DNA of 64,000 bases, from assembly GCA_963845755.1 (NCBI GenBank), contig CAWJTV010000013.1, positions 256,001-320,000 of the forward strand, in the 5' to 3' direction. The DNA is from an uncultured Planctomycetota bacterium. Its GTDB lineage: Bacteria; Planctomycetota; Planctomycetia; Isosphaerales; Isosphaeraceae. Below the pieces are notes generated by a model. The model did not search any database. It was not told where the DNA came from and saw only the letters and a list, made by a program, of their open reading frames with translations. This document shows positions 1 through 9,229 of the stretch, one piece after another (positions within the stretch are counted from its first letter, which is position 1; the number at the start of each line of letters is the position of its first letter). The position numbers were made by a program, and so were the translations under genes.

Positions 1-79
1 ACTCGGTGCAAGGTGGGACAGGAGCCGACTGAGGTCAGCGAGTTACAGAGCTGGGACGACCTCCTCCATTCGAGTTGAT

Positions 80-2097
80 GTGATGGGTACGCTCGACGCG
101 ATTCAGGGGCTATCGGATGGGGAGTTCCACAGGCTTGGAGACGACCTTCTACGGAAGCTCGACGCCCGATACCGGCGGCTCCGCACACACGGCCTCAATG
201 ACCGTGGAGAGAGCATCAAGGGGCAGCCGGATTCCTATGTCGGTGACACGGCTACGACGTGTAGTGTGGCGGTCTGCTATACCGTAGAAAAAAAGGGGTG
301 GTGGACCAAGGTCGTAGACGACGTTCGTGAAGCCGTCGCTGTTTCGCCGATGGTCAAAGAGATCGTTGTGGTCATCCCGCACAACGCCGACCGGGACGGA
401 CCGAAGGTTAAGAGCATCGACTGGCTCTCAAACGCACGTACGGCGGCCGGGACGGCGAGTCTCCGTGTGATCGACGGGCGGGAGATCAGCCGAGAACTGG
501 ACACAGACCACCAGGACCTTCGTTACATACATCTCGGGATTCCCTATTCTCGTCTCTCCGGCCAGAGCATCCTCGCCGGTTGCCAGGCCGCATCCCTGAA
601 GGTCATCGATTCGATCAAGGCGAGTGGTCGATACGACCCCGGTCGTTATGTCCCGAGGTCCGCCGACGGGGAATTGTACAGGCTCTGGCAGGCGGCCGCC
701 CGACACGGTTTCGACAACGAGCGACGAGTCGGCCCCGTCCGGTTGATTGCTCTGGTAAGTGATTCCGGCCTCGGGAAGACTAGCCTCATGTGCGAGTTTA
801 CCCTCAAGCTCGGGCGGGTGCTCCCGGTGTTGCTCGTCCAGGCTCGGGATCTGCTGCTCGGGACCGAGAACAGCCTGGTCGCCCACGCGGTCCATGACAT
901 CCAGGGCTTTCTCGACCCGGCCGCACGAGTAAACGAGGAAGCCGCCCTGTGCAAACACCTGTCTGGCTCCGTGTCGCTTACCGTCGTCCTGGATGGGCTG
1001 GATGAGGCGCACCACCCGGATGCCATCAGAAGAATGATCTCGAACTGGTTGGGGTCCAGGCTGGGTCAATCCAGCATCTTGATAGTCACTTCACGGCGGG
1101 AGTTCTGGAGGACATGTGTAGACCGCTCCTGGGAGCGATGGATGCCGTCCACGACCCATGAAGACCGCTTATCCATCAAGATTGCCGAACCTATGCAGTC
1201 CGAGCGGAGCGATCCAGTCGCCGGCATCCGGCTACCGGACCGATTCACTGATGACGAACTCGATGCAGCCTGGTTACGGGCGGCCCAGCCTCGGCAGGAA
1301 TTGTTCGCATTTTCAGACGAAGTCAGGGCGGAACTTCGCCACCCGTTCACGCTCCGGGTGTTCCTCGACCTCCGCAGCAAAGGCGACCCTCTGCCCGGAC
1401 CCTGACGAGGGCGGCTCTCCTCGAGTGCTGGTTGGACCGCCGGCTCGCCGCCGAGGCAGAGGCGATGCCGAGGGAGCGGATCACCCGCAGCCACTTCCAG
1501 CAAGCGCTCCGTGTCGTGGCGCGTCGCCTCGCCGATGCGAACTCGGGCTCCGTGTCCGTTGACGAGTTGACGGGAGTTCCTTACTTCAATCCAGCCAAGC
1601 CGCCTGGGCTGGTTGTTCAACGCCTAATCGAGGCCAGCATCCTGGAAAGTCTACCAGGCCGACCGGATCGGGTCCGTTTCTCCGTCGAGGCGGTCCAGGA
1701 TTACTACCAGGCGGAGGTGGACATCGAGGAGATCAAGGCTGATCCCAGTCGGATGGCGGAGGTCTATTCACGCCTCCAGTTCACAACGGCCTATCTCAGG
1801 CTGCTGCGGATCGGGCACAGCCAGGTCGGCGGGGGGGACCTGGACGAGTTTGCCCGTCGCCTGGCGGAGTTGAATGCCTGGATGGCAGCCGTCGTATTGC
1901 GGCCGGCCCCCCACCGATTCTCCCCGGACATCAGGGCGAGGATCGCCGACGAACTCGGTCAGCAGATATCGTCGCGTCACCGTGCCCGGGCAGCGATGGC
2001 GATAACTATGCTCGGAGAGGTTGATTGTCAGGAATCCGCCGAGACTTTGGCGGCTCACCTTCTCCCGCCGTCCGACGCTCATCCCGATTTTAAACGC
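80..2097 (+). CDS. 5' part of interrupted STAND/NACHT-like NTPase with N-terminal restriction-endonuclease-like domain (frameshift at ~1400, then split by RIT insertion)
   Basis: Walker A SDSGLGKTS, Walker B VVLDGLDE, sensor-like ILIVTSR, ELRHPFTLR. N-terminal EFHRLGDDLL...KGQPDSY pattern. ORF 80-1405 continues into 1432-2178 through a 1-nt shift and turns to non-coding-like sequence after HPDFKR (2097). Confidence 0.8.
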
Positions 2098-2178
2098 TTA
2101 TGTTGTCGCTCTCGTTATGTGGCAGCTACCCGCTTTTTCCGAGGACCTCAGGCCGTGGCCAGCGCAGACACCACATAA
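2098..2178 (+). repeat. RIT left end (two 8-bp core sites 9 bp apart plus an inverted internal site)
   Basis: ttatgttg tcgctctcg ttatgtgg ... ccacataa; inverted counterpart at 9116-9197. Confidence 0.8.
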
Positions 2179-2319
2179 GTTCGCATGCTGTCACGCCAAC
2201 TCATGCAAGGACTCGCGATCGCGGTTTTACCGGAAACCCTGGCCCCTCCTTGGTTCGTTATTGGCCCTTCGCTGCACTGGCTTGGGCGGGGCGGGCCGGC
2301 TTCGCCGGACCTGCTGCCG

Positions 2320-2566
2320 ATGGCAGTTGGTATTTGAGCAGTTGGAGCCGCTCGTCGATGGACCGTGCCAGGCCGAGCTAGCGGTCAAGCATCTGGATGG
2401 CGCCGATGCCACCGCAGGCGATGCCCCGAGTCTTCGCGGCGCCCTCGTAATGAATGTTGGAGGCGGTGAAGACTAGCTCGGGCGAACGGGCGGTGACCAG
2501 CCTGTCGAGCCGCAGGCAGATTTTCCGCTTGCCGACGGCGTGGTGGCGGTGTGGAATCGTATTCAC
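2320..2566 (-). pseudogene. IS1380-family transposase N-terminal remnant
   Basis: RKICLRLD...VFTASNIHYEGAAKTRGIACGGIGAIQMLDR*LGLARSIDERLQLLK resembles N-termini of planctomycete IS1380 transposases as I recall them; internal stop. Confidence 0.6.
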
Positions 2567-2740
2567 TCGAAGCCTCCTTGTAGGTTCGGCTGTGGGATCG
2601 GTGTAGGTCGGTCTAATGTGCTGGAAACGCCGGGAGATCACGAGTTTTTCACTGGTTGCCCGGACGCGACCGGCCACCCCAATCTCGCGAATGGCGCATG
2701 GAGGCGAAACCCCGTGGAGCAGGCCGAAGGTGCACCGGCC

Positions 2741-5541
2741 ATGAGCATCACATCCGACCTTGTCGAAGCGTACTCCCTCTGTCCAAGGAAAGCATTCCTG
2801 CTGATGACGGGGGCGACAACAGACCCCGGTCCGCACGCCTATGAACTGCTCATCCGAGAGCAGGCGGAGGCCAACCGCCAAGCCCACCACGTCCGCCTGG
2901 CGAATACCAATGAGGTCGTCATCGCCAGCGGCCCGGCCGACCTGACGGCGGGCCGGGATGTACTCGCGGACGCGGAACTGGCGATCAGCGGCCTCCAAGC
3001 CCACTTCGACTTTCTCGCGAAAGTGCACGAGCCCTTGCGGCGGGGACGGAGCTTCTACGAGCCGATGAGGGTCATCGGCACTTACAAAGCGTCAAGGACG
3101 GACGCCCTCGGCTTTGCCTACGAGGCTCTTGTCCTTGGCGAAGTGCAGGGGCGGAAGCCGGCCTCGGGCGCGCTGGCTCGGCTGGGCGGCCGCCTCTGCG
3201 AGGTGCAGTTCGCCAGCAGGTATAAAGAGGTGCGGCGGATCGTCGAGACGCTGCGGGCATGGGCAGCGCAACCCGCTGGTGAACACCCCGCCAGTGGTCG
3301 CTGAACAAGCACTGCCCGAGCTGCCCCTTCCGGGCCGCCTGCCTGAGCAGGCGGAGAAGGAAGACAATCTGAGCCTGCTGGACCGGATGACGCCGAAGTT
3401 GATGCGGAAGTATCACGACAAGGGCATCTTCACGGTCCGGCAACTGTCCCACATCTACAAGCCGAGGAGGAGCAGAAAGAAGGCCAGACGGCAGGCGCGG
3501 CACAACTTGGAGTTACAAGCTCTGGCAATCAGGACGGGGAAGGTCCATGTCGAGCACCTGCCCGACCTGCCACGCGGGTCCGTCGAGTTGTTCTTGGATC
3601 TCGAGGGTCTCCCGGACCGCGACTCGTACTATTTGGCCGGACTTCTCGTGTGCAGGGAGATGGCGAGGCCGAGTACGAGCCCTTCTGGGCCGATGACGAG
3701 AACAGACGAGGCCGCGATGTGGTCAGCCCTGGTCAATCGGTTGGAGACGTTCCCCGACGCCCCGATCTACCACTACGGCAACTACGAGAAGAAGGCGTTC
3801 GCCACGCTGACGAAGCGGCACGGCAAAGGCGGCGGGCTTGCTGAGCGCTTGGTCAACGTGGCATCGTCCGTGTACGGCAAAGTCTACTTCCCGGTGCGGT
3901 CGAACGGGCTGAAGCAACTGGGCAGGTTCCTGGGGGCCGTTTGGGCCGACCCGCAGGCATCGGGCTTGCAAAGCCTGGTCTGGCGGCACCGCTGGGAGAT
4001 CGACGCGGGACGAGGCGTTTAAGCGGTTCCTGCTCCAGTACAACTACGAGGATTGCGAGGCCGCTCGTCTGCTGGTCGAACGCTTGGACCAGATCAAGCG
4101 GGAGGCCGCGTCGGATCCGGTGATCGAATTCGCCAGCCGGCCGAAGCGACACGCGACCGAAACCGGAAAGGCACTCCACAGCCAGTTCGAGCAGATCTTG
4201 AAGTCCGCACAGATTGAATTCGCCGGTCAGGGAATCCGTATCGCGAGAGACAAGAGATATGGGGGAGCGAATGCCTGCGGAAGAAACGGAGCGCGCGAAA
4301 CGGACACCAGACTTACCGCCGGATCATGTCTAAAGGCCAGCCGGACTGTCTCCGTGGAACCGCGGCAGCAGATGCCCAAAGCACAATGTGGTGATCTCGT
4401 GCCGAAACCGAACAAGCTCGGCCGAGAGAACCGTCATCGACCTCGTGTTTTCCAAGAACGGTTGCCGGAAGACAATCACGCGGTACGTCGGGTCAATAGA
4501 GGTTACTGCCGATGTGATGCGGAGCCCTACAGACCAGAAGGATTTCGCGGCTGGCAACAAGGCCTTCGGGCACGGGTTCCAGGTCTGGGCCGTTTACCAA
4601 CGGATCGTGCTTCGGCTGCCCTACGCGATCATTGCTCAGGTCATGGAGCACTTCTTCGGCGTCGGCGCTCGGCATCATCCAGCATCATCGACTTCCTCGG
4701 GAACCTTGCCGGTTTCTACTCGGAAACCGAGGCCGCCCTTCTCCGGGCGATCCGGAAGAGCGACTTCGTCCACGTCGATGAAACCAAAATCAACATCGAG
4801 GGTGTGGCCCACTACGTTTGGGTGTTCACCGACGGGCAACACGTCGTGTTCCGTATGACGGAGACACGAGAGGCCGATATCGTTCGCGAGGTGCTGGCCG
4901 ACTACAAGGGCGTATTGGTCAGCGATTTTTACTCCGGCTACGACGGAATTCCGTGCCGTCAACAGAAGTGCCTCGTTCACCTCATCCGCGACATCAACGA
5001 CGACCTCTGGAAGGCTCCCTTCGAGAAGGAACTGGAGGCGTTCGTCCGTGGAGGTCCAGACCCTTCTCGTGCCGATCCTAGGAAGCAGTGGATCGCTTCG
5101 GATTGAAAACCCGGCACCTTCGGAAGTTCAACAAGGAAGTAGAACGATTCTACGAGAAGAACATTTCTGGAAGGGAGTACGCGTCGGAGTCAGTGCGAGA
5201 CATACCGAGAAGCGGTTCGACCGCTACCGGAACAACCTGTTCACCTTTCTAAACGAGGACGGAATCCCCTGGGAGAACAACATGGCGGAGAGGGCGATTC
5301 GGCAACTGGCCGTGCAGCGGAAGATCTCGGGATCGTTCTTCAAGCGGGTCGGTCCCGCACTACTTGCTGCTGCTGGCCATCTCGCAGACGTGCCGCTTCC
5401 AGGAGCAAGTCGTTCCTGAAGTTCCTGTTGTCGAAGGAGACCGACATGGATTCGTTTCGGCAGAGAAGGCTAGTCCGTTATTCCTACGCCGCCGGCAGCC
5501 AGAGGGTCATGCCGGAACCGCCACCAGGTCAGACAGTTTAA
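2741..5541 (+). CDS. TM0106/RecB-Cas4-like + RNase H-like DEDD exonuclease + IS66-family DDE transposase fusion (~930 aa, several frameshifts)
   Basis: CPRKAFL ... NKHCPSCPFRAAC (Fe-S staple); LFLDLEG, HYGNYE, SNGLK, LLQYNYEDC; VHVDETKI, LVSDFY, QQKCLVHLIRD, IPWENNMAERAIR. Assembled from overlapping ORFs 2540-3304, 3114-4022, 4084-5106, 4388-4858, 5048-5419, 5364-5744. Confidence 0.8.
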
Positions 5542-5840
5542 ACGAGCGAGGTCTGGGCATTGACAGCACCATGCATCGAGAAAACTACAGGGCATCCCGA
5601 GACGATGGTTTTCGGCGAGGCAGCTCACTCGAAACTACCCCTTTAACCTCAGAAGTGATTCGGAGTCCATTCCCCTGGTTTTCTGGACCAGAAGTGGCAG
5701 TCAACCATGTATCACAGCGAGCATCTCGCTTGTTTCAGGTCTAACTTGAAGGGAGTCCAATGGTGGCTCATGCCCCAGAAAAAGCTCGGAGAGCATGCAC
5801 AAAGATCTTCTCGGTCGCCATCAAGACGCGAACGAGACGC

Positions 5841-6856
5841 TTACAACGTCCGCAGGAATGCCATGACATCCTTCTGTTCACGCCAAGGTTTCCGATGCTC
5901 CTCGCCACCAACTTCGCAGTTCGCCAGGGCCTTGGCCTTCATTTCCAGATCTACTTCCGCATAGACGTTCGTCGTCTTTAGCGAGACGTGGCCGAGCCAG
6001 GCACGGATCGTGTTGATGTCCACCCCGGCACGCAGCAGGTGCATCGCCGTCGTGTGCCGGATCGTGTGCGGGCTGACGCGTTTGTTTGCCACCGACGGCA
6101 TCGTCGCTGCGACCACTTGCCGCGTATCGCTCCACCAGCGCATGAATTCCAAACCGCGTCAGCGGTTGGCCTCGACGGTTGAGGAAGACGGGTTCCTGAA
6201 GGGGCACGACCGCTCACCAAGGGAATCAACTCGTTGACTGTCCTGGCCCACAGCGGGCAGCGGCGTTGCTTGTTCCCCTTGCCGTGGATCAGGACCGATG
6301 AGGGATCTCGCTCCGGTGTCTGACCCAGGTCGAGGTCAGCGACCCGGACCTGGGCCGCCTCGTCCGCGCGAGCACCCGGTGTTGTAAAGGAACAGCAGCA
6401 GGGCGTGATCCCGCCGACTCTGGGCCTTGCTCGTATCCGGTGCCGCCAGCAGGGCGTCCATCTCCGCCTTCTCCAGGTAGCTCACCAACGGCCGGGGCGC
6501 TTTCTTGAACGGGATGGAACGGATTTCCCCGCACCACTGGACGTGTTCCGGGCTGCGCTGCACCGACGAAGTGCGCCAGGGAGCGGATCGCCGCCAGACG
6601 CTGATTGCGCGTCGCCGCGCCACAGCCCCGCTTCTCGCCCAGTTCGCCCAGGAAGGCCCGAACCCGGACGGCCGAGAGGTCCTCGACCTGGAGCCGGTCA
6701 ATCCCCTTGCGGACTCGCTGTGCGGCAAAGGGCAGGAGCAGCCGCAAGGTGTCGCGGTAGCTCCGCTGGGTGTTGCGCGCGAGGTTCCGCTCGGCGACGA
6801 GGTGCTCGAGCAGGAAAACGCCGCACCCACGGCCCGAGCAAGGCGGCGTCAGTCAT
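5841..6856 (-). CDS. ritC: Tyrosine recombinase RitC (frameshifted)
   Basis: ATRNQRLAAIRS, RDHALLLFLYNTG, SPHTIRHTTAMHLLRAGVDINTIRAWLGHVSLKTTNVYAE. Confidence 0.85.
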
Positions 6857-7802
6857 GGCTACCCTCCTTTCCCGCGTAGCACTCGAAGCGTCCATTGGCT
6901 TCCGCCAGCAACTCCGGCGTCATGCTCAGATAGACCTGCGTGGCGGCGAAGTAGACATGCCCCAGGTAGACCGACAGCTGGGGCAGCAACTTCTGCACAT
7001 CAACCCCCTGCCGATACCAGGACGTCAACCGGTGGACCGCGAAGGTGTGACGCAGGTCGTGCAGCCGCGGCTGGTAGCGCGCGCCGGCCTGCGCCGGACG
7101 CCGGAGTCCTCACAGACGCGACGGAAGCTATTCATCCATGGTGTCCTTGGCTCACTCGGATGCCATCGCGCATGGTGAAGAACGGAGCCTCTGCTGCGGG
7201 ACTCGGGATGGTGCCGCGCGGCGGCCGAGGTGTACTCGGCCAGGACGCCACCCAATTGCGGGCTGAAGGGGACCAGCCGGGTCTTGAAGAACTTCGTCGT
7301 GGCGGACCGTGAGCAGGGAATCTTCGCCAGATCGACGTCGTCGCGATTCAGGGCAAGCGCCTCGTGGAGACGCAGACCGGCCCCGTAGAACAGCAGGACG
7401 ACAGTGCGAATCGTGATCGGCTCCAGGCGGCTGCGTCGTCGCCGGTAGCAGTCCGTCGCTCGCACGAGGCGACGGATCTCGTCGTGCGTGTAGATGTACG
7501 GGACAAAAGGCGGGGGCCGTTGCGGCAGCACTACGGGCAGGGGCGACGCGGCAACGTAACCACGGGTGATGGCGTAGCGATAGAACCCGAGCAAGGCGGT
7601 GTACCTGATGTACCAGGCGCTGGTGATCGGCCCCTTCCCGTCCAGGAAGGCTTCGACTTGCTCCTGGCCCGGACGTCAGTGACAGTGGCAGACGCACCGA
7701 CGGCACGCCCGAAGGCCCGCAGGAACTGGCGTTGGTCTTGAACCGTTCCCCCAACATCTGGCGATAGGCAATGTAGCGTTCGATCAGTTCTTGCAGGTTC
7801 AT
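6849..7802 (-). CDS. ritB: Tyrosine recombinase RitB (frameshifted)
   Basis: MNLQELIERYIAYRQMLG, PYIYTHDEIRRL, LFYGAGLRLHEAL, TKFFKTRLVP, RLHDLRHTFAVHRLTSWYRQG...LSVYLGH. Confidence 0.85.
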
Positions 7803-9055
7803 AGCAACCCTCCGAGATCGAAGTCGGCAACCTGGCGGAGCCCGCGAGGTCCACCTTGGCGTAGACGCGCGTCGGTCTCCGGGTGGCGGTGGCCGAGGTG
7901 GTCGCCGATCTCCTTGAGTGATAGACCCTGTTTCAGGAGGTGAGTCGCGCAGGCATGGCGAAGGGCATGGGGGCCAAACCGAGCCAGGGAAGGACTCACA
8001 ACGCGCAGGCGTCGCGAGACGATCAGGTAGAGCGTACTTCGGTGCAGTGGGCGGAGTGGGGCATGACAACGTGCGAGGAAGACTTCGCGTAAGGCCGCGC
8101 GTGGCCGCACCTCCTTGAGGTAGCGGAGGATTGCCGCAGCCACGGATCGGGCCAGCGGATAGATCCGAGGCCGACCCGACTTAGAGAGCCGCACGGTAAA
8201 CACCTCCCCGCTCCCAGTCGAAGTCATCCAGCCGGAGTTGGACGACTTCGCTGGCGCGGAGGCCGTAGACGGACAGCAACAGGAGCAGGGCATGATCCCG
8301 GATGTCAACCGGCCGATCTCCCTGGGTCATCGCCAGTGCCCGCCGGACCTCGTCCCAGGTCGGACCGGTGGGAATGGTTTCCTGTCCGAAGACACGGGGG
8401 CCTTTGATGGCGGCTGCCAGTCCGGTGCGACACCAGCCGCGCCTTTCCGCATAGCGGAAAAAGGAGCGTAAGAAACCGGCACAGTCACGCACCGTGGAGC
8501 GGCAGTAGCGACCAGAAGCGACCTGCGCGGCAAGGGCATTGTCGATATGATCGACCGTAATTCCTTGGAGTGAGCCGTTGGTCGGGTTGAGACGGATGAG
8601 TATTATACCGAGGGCCAAGCAACGGCACTCAATGGTGGTGGGCGACAACCCCCTCTCGTTGCGGAGGTACTCGGCAAATGCCGCAATCTCTCCAGCGAAA
8701 GGAACAGGTGTGACAGGTACTGGCTTGAGTCGTCCCAGGAACCGAAGCCAGGCGATGGCGAAGGCGAGAATAAGGTGCGGGCGGTCCGGGCCCCGGCGAT
8801 CCTGCGCGGTCCGGGTTGCTGAGCCCAGAGGATTGCCGTCTGGCCAATCTCGTCGCGCGAGATGAGTTCATCTGTACGATCCGCCAAACGCAAGAGTCGA
8901 GCAATCACGAGCAGATAGTGGGCTCTGCACCGTAAGTCGGTGCGACGCATCCCGAGCTCGGCCAGATGAGCAAGGTAGCGGAGCCGCTCCTCGAGCAAGG
9001 GACCAGCGCGATGGAGTGCTACATAGCGGGGACGCTCGAATAGTTGGTCGAACAA
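7799..9055 (-). CDS. ritA: Tyrosine recombinase RitA (frameshifted)
   Basis: MFDQLFERP, RDHALLLLLSVYGLRASEV, GPHALRHACATHLLKQGLSLKEIGDHLGH, LRQVADFDLGGLL; stop overlaps the RitB start (ATGA). Confidence 0.85.
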
Positions 9056-9115
9056 AGTCGAAACTCCACGGGGGTAGTGAGAAAGGAATCACTTCGACTA
9101 TGGTAATGACGGAAT

Positions 9116-9229
9116 TTATGTGGTCTTCTTGCAAAGGCAAACCTGAGATTGGCCGAGAGTAGTGGCTGGCCGCCACATAATCAGGCACGTCACACAAGAG
9201 CTCTTATGTGGTCGACCACATAAGAGCTC
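9116..9229. repeat. RIT right end plus perfect 32-bp palindrome (9198-9229)
   Basis: gagctcttatgtggtcgaccacataagagctc equals its own reverse complement. Confidence 0.9.

Larger units (their letters stand above)
2098..9229 (-). mobile_element. RIT (recombinase-in-trio) element with cargo
   Basis: Three tandem overlapping tyrosine recombinase genes. Mirror-image end sites: TTATGTTG-N9-TTATGTGG at 2098-2122 plus internal CCACATAA at 2171; TTATGTGG at 9116 plus CCACATAA-N9-TCACACAA at 9173-9197. Terminal palindrome 9198-9229. Flanks join in frame. Confidence 0.85.

Noticed and set aside
2741..5541. Ordinary autonomous IS66 element
   Set aside because: No tnpA/tnpB, no terminal inverted repeats or 8-bp duplication seen, and an extra ~450-aa nuclease-like N-terminus.
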